Below, piece after piece: positions 1 through 11,100 of a DNA stretch of 64,000 nt. This DNA comes from a virus: the IMG/VR virus record IMGVR_UViG_3300037805_000894. The stretch is one strand, 5' to 3'. The notes under the pieces were generated by a model that saw only the letters and a program-made list of their open reading frames with translations, made no database searches and had not been told where the DNA came from. Each line of letters begins with the position of its first letter. Position 1 is the first letter of the stretch. Both the position numbers and the translations under genes were made by a program.

Positions 1-23
1 AGGAAGAAAGTTTAATATTACAA

Positions 24-590
24 ATGTGTGGAGATAATCCTAATTTTATGGATCTAGGAGAGATCTCTGGAGAGCAGGGAAGAGAGGACTATCAACAAGG
101 GTGGCAATCCTTTTTTGGATCCTATTTCAAATCTAAATCTATTTTAGATGTTGGGGCTGGGCTAGGGCTTTCTAAAAAGAGGTTGGAGACTGGTGGTAAT
201 CAAGTAATGCTACAGGATATAGGGCCAGGGTTAGATGTTGATTTTGCTTGTTCAATTGAAAAGATAGAAGAAGTGTTTGATGTCGTAACATGCTTTGATG
301 TGATCGAGCATGTTTATGAGGATACTAAATTTCTAGAGTCTCTATATAATCTAAGTAAAGATGGAGTTGTTCTTACTACACCTAATTATAACGTATCTAG
401 ATGTTCCAATAAATTTCATATTAGAGAGTATACTCCAAATGGGTTGATACAGCTCGCTAGAGATTTAACGGATGATAAGATTTACATGTGGAGTTCAATT
501 GATCCTCATGGGGGCAGTCCAGTAGAACATACAGAAGAATCTTTTAACTTAAGTATGGATCCTGTACTATCTATCTATATTACTAAGTAG
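24..590 (+). CDS. class I SAM-dependent methyltransferase
   Basis: ILDVGAGLG motif I; FDVVTCFDVIEHV; LTTPN. Confidence 0.85.
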   Translation: MCGDNPNFMDLGEISGEQGREDYQQGWQSFFGSYFKSKSILDVGAGLGLSKKRLETGGNQVMLQDIGPGLDVDFACSIEKIEEVFDVVTCFDVIEHVYEDTKFLESLYNLSKDGVVLTTPNYNVSRCSNKFHIREYTPNGLIQLARDLTDDKIYMWSSIDPHGGSPVEHTEESFNLSMDPVLSIYITK

Positions 591-1119
591 TACCTTGTAC
601 GTGTCATGACCTATTACTTCTTTGATTATATGAAAGTATTTAGACAAGATGGTTTTCCATTCCTTTGGTTGCCATACTGTAAGGTGTAGGTTTCCTCCTT
701 CTAGATCTAATATACCAGAAGGTCTCGTACTAATGTTAAAAAGAGAATAGCTTAGACGATAGTTTAGAGGTGTTTAATAGACATTCTTCTACTACTTCTG
801 GAGGAAGATGCTCTAGTACATCTACTGATATCACTAATTCAAACTTATCGTCTTTAAATAAATTTAAAGAATGAAAGCCTCCTATATGGAAGGTCGCGTC
901 TTTCCTTCTTCTCTTAGCTAGTTCTATAGCGCTTTTAGAAATATCAATACCGGTGTAGTCAGTAAACCGATGTGAAAACTCACCGCAGCCACAGCCTATA
1001 TCTAATACCTTTAAATTTCTATCTAGATTAAATACATCTAAAGAGTTGGAAGGAGTTCCAGCGTACCCTCTATCCCATACTTTATCGTACTTGTCTGCTT
1101 CTTCTTCGTACCATTTCAT
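567..1119 (-). pseudogene. SAM methyltransferase split by a +1 frameshift near 740-775
   Basis: 736..1119 has VLDIGCGCG and DVLEHL; the +1 frame continues FNISTRPSG...NLHLTVWQPKEW to a stop at 567. Confidence 0.65.
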
Positions 1120-1800
1120 TTAAATAATCTCCTCATCAAGAATTCGTGTAATCACTAGTCCATCTCTTGTATCTAGATGGAAGCTAGATAGAGAATTATC
1201 ATAGTACCTAGCGTCATGATCAAAGTACTTTATAGCTTCTATAACTAGATCGTGCATCCCGTTCATCCATAGTATTAAGCATTTTTCCTCCAAGATGTCT
1301 TCCATTAAAGGGAGGGCTCTACCAAGTCCACTTTTACGCGGTCCATCAACTACGACAAAATCATACTTACCTGTTACCTTTTTATAGCGCGAGGTAACAC
1401 GCTCCCCCTCCCAGGGTTTAGATAAGAGCATGTCATGTTTATTGCGGTATTCCTCAGCAACATCAAGATCAGCATGTAAGGGTTGTTTGAACTTAGCCTC
1501 TAACTGCACCTTTTCTTCTATCGTGGAGACGATCTCAGTGGTGACTCCCTCCTTGTATACTCCAGCTTTTTTTTGAACATGTTGTAGAATAGCTTCATGT
1601 TCTTCTACAATATGAACTTTGGCATAGTTCTGGTAAGCATACATTGATCCTATAATGGAAGCATTAGACGCTCCTAAGAATAAAATAGACTTAGGAGAGC
1701 TAAGCTCCATTAGAGTATACATAGTAGTCACACTATCATTAGAGGGTGACCATGGATCCGCAGATAAATTTAATTCAGTTAAGAAGGCGCTTGAATGCAT
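1120..1800 (-). CDS. divergent methyltransferase-like protein
   Basis: SILFLGA, KVHIVEEH and YDFVVVDGP resemble class I MTase motifs. Confidence 0.55.
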   Translation of the reverse strand: MHSSAFLTELNLSADPWSPSNDSVTTMYTLMELSSPKSILFLGASNASIIGSMYAYQNYAKVHIVEEHEAILQHVQKKAGVYKEGVTTEIVSTIEEKVQLEAKFKQPLHADLDVAEEYRNKHDMLLSKPWEGERVTSRYKKVTGKYDFVVVDGPRKSGLGRALPLMEDILEEKCLILWMNGMHDLVIEAIKYFDHDARYYDNSLSSFHLDTRDGLVITRILDEEII

Positions 1801-2101
1801 CCATTAAGTATAACAGAGTTAAGCATTCAGGACTACCATATATAACGTTATTAAAAGGACACAAGCCAGGTCACCATTATTAGTGACCCAGCCGTCTATT
1901 TTATCATATAATTTTAAGAGTATTTTACTCAAAACATTTTATAACGAGCCAAAGAAAGGGAGTCCGAAAACTACACCTAGGACATATCCTAAAACAAGTC
2001 CAGTAATGAAGGGGGCGTTTTTAACACCTAGATCTTTTACAGTATTTTTGAAAGTTGACATGGGTACATTATACATGCTCCCTATAGAGTCAAAAAAAGA
2101 A

Positions 2102-2521
2102 TTAAAGCTTTTTTAGGCTTCCATCTATGTAAGCTTCTAACTTTTTAATCCTTGAATAGAAGGCTTCGCCTTTATTTCGGCGTTTAAGCGTGTATAGGAA
2201 AGAACCCAAGAAGAATAGGGATATGCCTATTATTACCAAGATACCTAAATCATAAATCTGTCCTATGATCCCTTTCTCAGCAGTATTCACTACCGAATGG
2301 ATATCACCCATAGTCAAGGCTTTTATTTGCTCTTCCTTCTCTTGTATCTCATCCTCCTGAAGATAGAGGTCAACCGCCGCTATCCCCGCCCCAACCCCAA
2401 CAGCTATTCCAGGAGGACCCGCAAGAGCGCCTGCACCTCCTCCAACGAGCGCTCCACCAGTTCTCAGCAGCGTGGAACATGAAGTGAACGCTAATATAGT
2501 TATAAGTAGGAAGTTTTTCAT
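2102..2521 (-). CDS. putative lipoprotein/membrane protein (possible lysis gene)
   Basis: signal peptide with FTSC lipobox-like Cys, glycine zipper, C-terminal TM helix. Confidence 0.55.
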   Translation of the reverse strand: MKNFLLITILAFTSCSTLLRTGGALVGGGAGALAGPPGIAVGVGAGIAAVDLYLQEDEIQEKEEQIKALTMGDIHSVVNTAEKGIIGQIYDLGILVIIGISLFFLGSFLYTLKRRNKGEAFYSRIKKLEAYIDGSLKKL

Positions 2522-2907
2522 TTTTTGTCTATTTTGGATACAACATCCTCAGCTATTGTATCCGTTAAAGCTTTCGCTGCGGATATATCATTAAAAGCAC
2601 ACGGACGACTTCCTACAATTCTGTTTACCCCTACTTCAACACGATCTTCTCTTTCTTTAATTTGCTCAAGAAGCCTCTCTTGTCGTTTAGCTGTAATGCT
2701 TAGTTCTTCTATTATTTCTGTTAACTTGTCTATAGTAGCTTTATTAGCCTGCTGACATTCTCTAATAGCTTTGTTTACAGTCCGTGACGTCACTTGCCAT
2801 AAACCCATGACTGTTACTATCACAGAACCGAGCACTTCTAAACCAAAAACCCACAAGGGGACATCTGGTGCCGTTTCCTGAATTAATGATACAATTGAAT
2901 TTAACAA
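2518..2907 (-). CDS. single-TM coiled-coil protein (holin/spanin-like)
   Basis: hydrophobic N-terminal helix then coiled coil; 4-nt overlap with next gene. Confidence 0.45.
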   Translation of the reverse strand: MLNSIVSLIQETAPDVPLWVFGLEVLGSVIVTVMGLWQVTSRTVNKAIRECQQANKATIDKLTEIIEELSITAKRQERLLEQIKEREDRVEVGVNRIVGSRPCAFNDISAAKALTDTIAEDVVSKIDKK

Positions 2908-2910
2908 AAT

Positions 2911-2945
2911 AAAAAGTCCTAACCTATTTATATTATAGGTTAGGA
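2911..2945 (-). terminator. intrinsic terminator-like hairpin
   Basis: TCCTAACCTAT/ATAGGTTAGGA 11-bp stem with T tract on the minus strand. Confidence 0.55.
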
Positions 2946-2975
2946 TATATCATAACGAAAATATGCTTTCATTTT

Positions 2976-3335
2976 TTAGTTAAAGTCAGCTACGCCGCTC
3001 TCGGATATGGCTATTAGATTTGGATCTATTTCCTCGTCTAATAAGCATATTTCATACTCATTATAGAGTTTTAAAATCTGCTGTGCTCGATACACAATGA
3101 TTTGCATCTGTGCTCTATTCAATTCTAGTGCGGCGCGCACCGTAGAACGACGCGCTTGCTTAATCGAGTCTAAGCTCATATAATGAGGATTCATAGTTTC
3201 TTTTGTGTTACGTAGTAAGCCTAAGCCGACCATGCGTTTCTCTTCATTTGGGTTATTAATAATTTTAAAACCAATCATTAGAAAGTCGGTATTGGGGTCT
3301 TCATACACTTTCGGTGTTTCAATTTTATGTGTCAT
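2976..3335 (-). CDS. hypothetical protein
   Basis: 119-aa ORF directly downstream of a promoter motif. Confidence 0.6.
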   Translation of the reverse strand: MTHKIETPKVYEDPNTDFLMIGFKIINNPNEEKRMVGLGLLRNTKETMNPHYMSLDSIKQARRSTVRAALELNRAQMQIIVYRAQQILKLYNEYEICLLDEEIDPNLIAISESGVADFN

Positions 3336-3341
3336 AAAATA

Positions 3342-3367
3342 TTATACCTTGAAGAGTTACATTTTTA
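3342..3367 (-). promoter_or_regulatory. class B promoter motif TAAAAATGTA-N9-GGTATAA
   Basis: motif recurs at 16143-16167 and 31696-31722; TATAAT 5 nt before ATG 3335. Confidence 0.6.
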
Positions 3368-3380
3368 ATAACTAAATTAT

Positions 3381-4118
3381 ATGTCAAAAAAACCAGAATT
3401 AAGAGTCGGTGTCCTTAGCGATATCCATGTCCCCTTCCAAGATAAAAAAGCAACCAAGATGGCTTTAGAGTATTTAGAAAATTCTAATCTGGATAAACTA
3501 GTCTTGTTAGGAGATATAGCAGATTTTCTTGCAGTAAGTCGCTATGGTAAATCGCTACACCGCCGAGCTAGTTTAAATGATGAGTTAGAGCAGACAAAAG
3601 ATTTCCTTGCTGACGTAAGAGATAGGTTCCCAAAAACAGATATCATCTATACAAAAGGAAATCATGAAGATCGCTGGGACAGGTATGTAACGGATCGAGC
3701 CCCTGAGTTTGGGGAGTTAGGCATTTTGCGCCTTCCTAAAGTTTTAGAGCTTAAGAAGATGGGGATAAAGTGGGAGAAAGATAAGTTTTGTTTAAATGGT
3801 ATGATTTTTTACCATGGGGATGGACGCTGTTCTAGAAACGCTGGATATACAGCCACGGCTTGGATGAATCACTTTATGAAGTCCTGCATAATAGGACACA
3901 TACATAGATCCGCTGTTATTTATAAACGATATGGTACAGGGCAAACAATGGTAGGCGTTGAGAATCCCTGCCTCTGCGAATTAGATCCAGAATATGATAA
4001 AGGAGGTACATGTAACTGGCAGCATGGTGGCACCTTATTATTAATGAATACAGGGAGTCATATTAATACCCCCTATCCGTTCCGTATTGAGGGGAATAAG
4101 ATTTACGGCACGATATGA
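3381..4118 (+). CDS. calcineurin-like metallophosphoesterase
   Basis: SDIH, LGDIAD, GNHE, YHG, GHIH motifs. Confidence 0.9.
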   Translation: MSKKPELRVGVLSDIHVPFQDKKATKMALEYLENSNLDKLVLLGDIADFLAVSRYGKSLHRRASLNDELEQTKDFLADVRDRFPKTDIIYTKGNHEDRWDRYVTDRAPEFGELGILRLPKVLELKKMGIKWEKDKFCLNGMIFYHGDGRCSRNAGYTATAWMNHFMKSCIIGHIHRSAVIYKRYGTGQTMVGVENPCLCELDPEYDKGGTCNWQHGGTLLLMNTGSHINTPYPFRIEGNKIYGTI

Positions 4119-4423
4119 AAAAAATAAAGAGCATACGAATTTTAGGCGTAGATATCCCTATCGTTGTCTGCTCTACGAAAGAAAAGAATAATTTAGAACC
4201 TAATACATGGGGGGAGTATGATTCTAAAAAACTAGAGATAAGAGTCGAATCCTCCCTTGCGGATGATCACAAAAAAATAGTTATATTACATGAAGCAATC
4301 CACTGCATCGATGATTTTTTAGATCTAAACCTATCTCATCGTGCAGTGTATGCCCTATCCCAATGTTTTTTTGCCCTCTTAAAAGAGAACAGTAAATTTA
4401 TTGAATGGATATATGGAAAGTAA
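4115..4423 (+). CDS. small HExxH zincin-like metallopeptidase
   Basis: WGEY...ILHEAIH. Confidence 0.7.
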   Translation: MKKIKSIRILGVDIPIVVCSTKEKNNLEPNTWGEYDSKKLEIRVESSLADDHKKIVILHEAIHCIDDFLDLNLSHRAVYALSQCFFALLKENSKFIEWIYGK

Positions 4424-5102
4424 ACTTCACTTTATCTAAGAACGGGAGGCGGTGGCCCTGTGACATAAGCGTAGCGCATAGTTACACGGGCTCCGCCTAT
4501 TCCCGGCTTTCGTTTGAGCACGTGTCCTTACTGGTCACGTTGAGGTGGAAACCACCTCTGTTTTATGAAGTAAATGTCTTTATTAAACCTCTGCCGGCGA
4601 AACTCGATCCGAAATCTCCAGGGTAAGAATTACCTGGGAATTTCGGATCGCTGTGACGCCTGTAAGAGTGTTTATTTTTTTCTACTGCTATTACAGTACA
4701 TTGTTAAGGAACCCTTAACTAAGTTAACATTTTTTTAATTCACTTTACCTCTTCAGCAGCCTTGCTCGCCGGCAGCCTACTGTAAGTTGGCGCCGCTAGC
4801 TTACATGAGGCTGCCGGCGAGCAAGGCTGCTGATGTGTTTGATTACATCCAAGCTGGCTTATCTTATGAAAAGGAAACCTTTTCTGTTTTATGAATTATT
4901 CTTCTCTACTTATTAGGCTTATTGAGTTTTTGCCTTTTTGGGTCTGCTCAAAGTACCTTTACATTACCGGAAAGTGTAACACCTTCTATTTTTTAGAGAA
5001 GCGAACCTTTAATAGTTTCAATAGTCCTTACTATTGCAAACTATGTTTATTTTTACACTATGGTAAATTTAGTGATATGGAAACCATATCTAAAGTAGTA
5101 CG
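4424..5102 (-). ncRNA. tandem array of four retron-like structured ncRNA units
   Basis: units 4424-4571, 4572-4732, 4736-4898, ~5002(or 4953)-5102; each has a terminal IR, CTTTA, a long hairpin, GTTTR, a 17-nt G-N4-GG-AAM-CC-N4-C hairpin and a 7-nt T-N4-TA spacer (plus-strand reading). Confidence 0.8.
4753..4833. repeat. perfect 26-bp inverted repeat (long hairpin of unit 3)
   Basis: TCAGCAGCCTTGCTCGCCGGCAGCCT 4753-4778 and its reverse complement 4808-4833. Confidence 0.95.
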
Positions 5103-5106
5103 AGTT

Positions 5107-5116
5107 TTTTATACCT
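5107..5116 (-). promoter_or_regulatory. -10 box AGGTATAAAA driving the array
   Basis: identical 10-mer upstream of the RT (16141-16149 region plus flank) and at ~20237-20246; predicted start site ~5102 coincides with the array edge. Confidence 0.55.
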
Positions 5117-5190
5117 GCTCTTTCGGCGTTATTTAGATGATTTAGTCTTTTTACTACTTTTTGCTAGAATACCTTTACTAGGTTTTATTT

Positions 5191-8100
5191 ATGACTGATA
5201 GAATTAATACGTTTAAAACATCAATTGAAAAGGCCTTAACCTCTTCAATAAAAGGTATTCCAGTAGGCACAGGAAGAACACTAACACTAACCAATATAAT
5301 TATTGATGATCCAGACAGGTCCCTTAAAGCTGAACTAAAAGCGCGTCTAGCAGGACAAACCCATGGGAGCGCTATAAAAGGTCGTTTTATATTAAAAGAT
5401 ACTATTAATAATAAAGAAGAGAAGGTTACTAAACGGCTTTTTAAATTACCCATAAAAACAAATCGCGGGACTTATATATGGAATGGAAATGAGATTGTCA
5501 TAAAAAATCAATATCGTAGAAAGCCAGGTGTTTACGTCTCCCAAAATCAAGCAGGCGCTTACGGCGCTTCCTTCAATATGGCAGCGGGTAATTCACAGTT
5601 TGATCAGAGAGTAGCTGTTGAGTTAGTACCAGAGACAGGTAAATTCCTATTTAAAATAAAAGATTCTAAGTTTAGTTTATTTGCGCTAATAAAAGCCTTT
5701 AATGTCTCTGATAGCCAACTTAAAACGGCGATGGGAGATAAGCTTTTTAGAGTTAACTATACAGATAATTTAAATAGTGAGCTTAAAAAAATAGCTAAAC
5801 GATTAACAGGAAAAACCTATTCATCCTTCGTTGAAGCCTCGGAAGATATACGTGAGAAATTCACAGGTATCTCTTTTGAGGGAGGCTCTAATGAAATTAC
5901 GTTAGGCAAAGGATATGATAAAGTTTCACCTTCTTTCTGGTTGGCTTTAACTGCTAAGCTAAGAAAAACTGCAGCGGGTATTCAAAAACCAGACGATGTT
6001 AATGCTTCTTACTTTAGAGAATATCTAACACCAGAAGATAATATAGTAGAATCTATCACTGCAGCTACTTCTAAGTTTGTTACTAGAGTACGAAGAAGAG
6101 GGGGTAAAAAAGATTTAAAAAGCATTCTTTCAGCTAGTAAATTTGAAAAGCCTATTTATGATCTTTTTTCTAGTAGCTCTCTAAAAGAGTACACAGACCA
6201 AACTAACCCGCTTGACTGGATTTCAGGCGAAGACGCATTAACCGTATTCGGACCAGGCGGGATTAGTCAAGCGCGAGCTGTAAGTGATGATATGCGCACA
6301 TTACAACCAACGCTACATGGCATCGCTGATCCACTAGCCTCCCCTGAATCAGCCGATAAAATCGGTGTGGTGCTTCATAGGACAGTAGGCTCGGCCATAA
6401 AAGGTGGTGTTCCTCATATAAAAGTAGTTGATAGAGCGAACAAAGCTACGACCATCTCCTCTTATGCTTTTGCCAATACAGTAATTGGTATAGGTGATCC
6501 TGCAAATAAAGGAAGTATTAGCGGATTCAAGAACGGGATTGCTCAGCAGATAAAAGCGTCCACTGCTAAATATTTTATGAAACCAGAGAGCCTATTTAGT
6601 AAAGTATCTAATATGATCCCCATGCTCGGTTCAACCTATGGGGTAAGAGCTAATGTAGGGAATAAACAATATACGCAATCATTACCTCTTAAATATAGAG
6701 AGGCGCCTTTAGTAACTACACAGTATGAGCAGACGCATAGCAATAAAGGGAGTAGAGATTTCCCTAGCGTAGATATGCAAGGTAATATTATTGCTATCGA
6801 ATCAGGTACTATTCAAGCAGTGAGGCAAGACAAGATAGTCCTAAAAAGTCTTAACGGGACTTTGTTAGATCATGAATATCCTTCTGATTTTCCGCTTAAT
6901 ACTGAATCGTTTATGGATACAAATGTAATAGTAAAAGCAGGAGATAGTGTAAAGAAAGGGCAACGCTTAGCTGATTCAGTTTTTTCTAAAGACGGGAAAC
7001 TGGCTTTAGGTACTAATCTTAAAACAGGGTTCTTAGCCTATAAAGGTTATAATTTCGAAGATGGGTTCGTGGTCAGTGAGGGAGCGGCAAAGAAGCTAAC
7101 ATCCCTACATTTACTAGAATTCGAAGTTGAAAAAGGAAAAGATGTTGTAATAGGAAAAGGTTCATATGTTTCACTCTTCCCAGGGTCGGCTTCAATAACG
7201 AATCTCGCAAACTACGATGATAATGGTTTAATTAAAGAAGGCACTATAGTTGAATATGGTATTCCGCTTATATTAGCTTATGAAAAACGCGAGTTAACAC
7301 CAGCACAAGCCGCTATATCTACTCTAAATAAAAAAATATCTCAATTACTAGCTCCTCGCGATATAAGCCCTATTTATAACAAAAATGTACCTGGGGTTGT
7401 TACACGGGTTTATCAAGACAATAAACATAATAAAGTTTTTGTTAAAACAGAAGAACCCGCTGTAGAGGGGGATAAAATGGCTACACGCTATGGCGGTAAA
7501 GGGATTATCACTAAGATTGTAGCTGATGCCCAGATGCCAGTGGGCGCGGATGGGAGTCCCTTAGAAGTTCTCTTCAATCCGCATGGCATACCAAGTCGAA
7601 TGAATCCATCCCAGATGATAGAAAGTTCCTTGGGTAAAATAGCAAAAAAAGAGGGGAAGATATACGCTTTAAAGCAGTTCGACGAGAGGGGGCATGTAAA
7701 TATAGCTAAGCAAGAACAAGCCCGTTCAGGGATTCACGACGAAGAAACGGTAACTGACCCAGAAACAGGAAAAACCATGACGAATGTTCATGTTGGTCAG
7801 CTTTATTTTAATAAACTCAAGCATAGTGTAAGAAAGAAGATTAAAGCAGGTGAGACCGGTTATTACGATGTTCAATACGAGCAGCCAAAGAAGACTGAAA
7901 CAAATGGAACTAGGGCTATTGATGGCCTCTCCTTTTATAGTTTATTGGCAGGCGGAGCAAGAAAGAATCTCGCCGAGATGGCGAATATAAAAGGTACAAA
8001 AAACGATGAGTTTTGGAGAGCTATGCATTCCGGAATGCCGCTACCTAATCCAAAAGTCCCTGCTATGCAAGATAACTTTTTATCTTCTTTGCAAGCTTTA

Positions 8101-11100
8101 GGTTTAAACACTTTTAAGACAAAGGATTCATTAGCACTCACGCCTTCTACCACAGAAGATATTCTTAAGCAGAGCAACGGAGAGATCCGTGAAGCTAAAT
8201 TTATGCGTTCACGCGATATGAAACCAGAGGTGGGCGGTTTTTATGACCCTGCGCTAACTGGAGGTGATGCGGGAACAAAATGGACACACATCTCTTTAGC
8301 TGAGCCTATACCTAATCCGATTTTTGAAAGAGCAATCACAAAAACATTGGGTATCACAACAAAAGTTTTCAATGCGATTCTAAAAGGAAAAACTAAAGTA
8401 TCGGAGGATGGCACTATATCTAAAGATGGTGTTCTTTTTGGAGGGAAGGCTATTGCTACTATGCTTGATGCTATAAATATAGATAAGCAGTTAAAAGAAT
8501 TAAGAGCACAAGGAAAACAACAGGGTTTAGATAAAGAATGGGGGGATTTAAATAATACTAATACAAAAATACGCTTCTTATCTAACATTAAAGTATTAGG
8601 GAAAAAACCTTCTGAGTTGTATGTACTAAACGCTTTCCCTATTCTGCCTCCTAAATTCAGGCAGATGACTATTTTGCCAACTGGTACAGTACAAAATCCA
8701 CCTATAAACGAGCTTTATCAGTCTCTAAAATTAGAAAGCGACGGATTGAAGAATTTAAAAGCTCTAGATTTTTACGATGACGAAACAGTAGGTACACGTA
8801 TTGAGCAACTATACAAGCACGCAGGTGCAGTGTTTGGTACAACAGACCCTGTATCTTTCCAGCTAAAACAGCGTGCATCTGAGAAAGGTATCTTACGTCA
8901 GCTAGCCCCTAAATCAGGAGGTAAGTTAGGTGTAATACAACAGAAGATGATGCGGAAAAAACAGGACATAAGTGGTGGTTCTACTATTACAGTAGACCCC
9001 AACTTGCCGTTAGATCATGTAGGCGTTCCAGAAGACATGGCTTTCAAGATCATGAAACCATTCATAACTAGAAAAATGGTGCAAAATGGGTACACACCCA
9101 TTAAAGCTTTGGAGGCCATAAAAGATAGAACACCAGTAGCGCGTCACCAGCTCGACGAAGTAATGAAAGAACGTCCCGTAATGGTTAACCGACACCCCTC
9201 TTTACATAAGTTTAATTTTATGTCGCAGTGGGGTCGAGTTGTCCCAGGGCAGGCTATCATGCTTAACCCCCTAGTAATCCATGGCTTTAATGCTGATTTT
9301 GATGGGGATTCCATGATAGGCGATATTTGGCTAAGTGCCCCTGGCGAGTATAATATTGATAATGGCGACAGTATTGTAAAAACAAAACTGTGTATTACTA
9401 CCAATATTGCAGATATACCTCACGGAGATCTCATAGAAAGAAAAGCTAATAAAGAGATATACTCTGTGCCTAAAGGAATGACTGTTCCTGCTATAGCACC
9501 TGATGGTACGATAGAGTTAAAAGAAGTTACTAAATTTCATAAACATAAAGGCTGCGAAGAATGGGAGGTAAAACTTACTGGCGACATTACTTTAAATGTT
9601 AGTGATAACCACAGTTTGGTTTGTTTTAATCCCGAGTTAAATATAGTTGAGAAAACAAAACCAGCCGACGCTTCTTTTCTATGTGTCCCTCGTCTTTTTG
9701 ATATTGAGTATGCTAATCCAAATAAGTTTGAGGGCGTATCTAATAGCCGCTCAGAACAAGAAAGACTGCATTTAATATCTAGTCTAGGTTTCTTTACTGG
9801 CTCTACGCGCAATAATAAAAAACGTGTCGGGGGATACACTTTTAGCAATTCTACTTTCCTAGAAGGTAGAGCTAGGCTAGTTAATGAGTATAAAGAGGCT
9901 CATTTTGATACACAAGGCCGCTTCATTAGTCCTTTTATTTTAAACTGGATAGACTCTAACGTCTACTTGAATGATGAGTTAAGGCTCCCTTCTTTTTTAA
10001 TAGGTGTTTCTAAAAAAGAAAGAGAAGCCTTTGTGTCTGGCCTAATTGAAGCCTCTATCATGCTTAATAAAGATTCTTTTGCTATAAGAGAAACAAAGAA
10101 CAAAGCCTTCTTAGATGACATAGCAAAGCTGGTCCAGTCCGTTGGCGTAGATGGTACATTCACTTCGAAGAAAATTAAAAACTGCTCTATCTATAGCTTA
10201 GAGTTTAAACAATTAGATGTAAAGAATTTTTACCTGAAGAATGCGCACTATTTCTCTGCTCTAAGCCGGGCCTTCTTGGATGATAGCAAGCTACTAAGTA
10301 TATCTTTAAAGGCACACGATTTTATCCCTGTACCTACTTTTGTAAGTATGCTCATTCTTGAAACTACCCGATTTAGAATAGATTCAAAAATGAAAGCTAA
10401 TAAATTACGCTATGCTTATTCATTAAAATCTTATAGCGATTGGATAGAACTCGGCTATGAGCCATGGACTCGTGCAGCTTTCAATTTCTTTTTATCACAT
10501 ATGACAGATGAGGAGCTGGAAGTTTTACCTAGGGAATATATGAAATTAGTACAGAACAAAGCCGTTAGATGGGGCTTAATTACTTCTTCCAGAAAGACAG
10601 GGCGCACTATTGATATGTATGATATCACCGTTAAGGATTACAAAAACTTTGCTACTGATTATGGTTATTTTGTATGGGACACAATGAATATGCATGTTCC
10701 AGTTACAGAAGGTGCACGACTTGAAGCAGCTAGAAAGCTGATGCCAAGCAACTCTTTGTTCGGTCCTGATCGCAATATCTTGCCAATGCCTTCTAACGAG
10801 GCTGTCCTCGGTCTTTATATATTGAGTAAAAAAGGAAAGAGCTCACAGAAAACGTACACAAATCTAAGTGCAGCAGAGGCTTCTTTCCTAAAAAACGAGA
10901 TAACTTTAAACGATGAAGTAACTATACAAGGTAAAAAAGTAAGCTTAGGTTGGGCTATTTTATACAAGAATATTCCAGCTAAATATCATTCCATTATAAA
11001 AGGGAAAAGTCTGGATAAAGGCGTTATTCAAGACTTAATTAAAGCTATATATAAAGAGAGTGCATCAAAAGCTGCCGATCTTTTAAACACCTTAAAAGAC

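Noticed and set aside
1883-2116. 77-aa plus-strand ORF
   Set aside because: No motif, GTG start without RBS; cannot be supported.
4424-5102. Array as a CRISPR array or a terminator cluster
   Set aside because: No sequence-identical direct repeats and no cas operon; fixed spacers and unit-closing arms go beyond what terminators need.
4405-5136. ORFs 4405..4626 and 4891..5136
   Set aside because: No motifs or RBS; they overlie the hairpin array, whose covariation indicates RNA structure.
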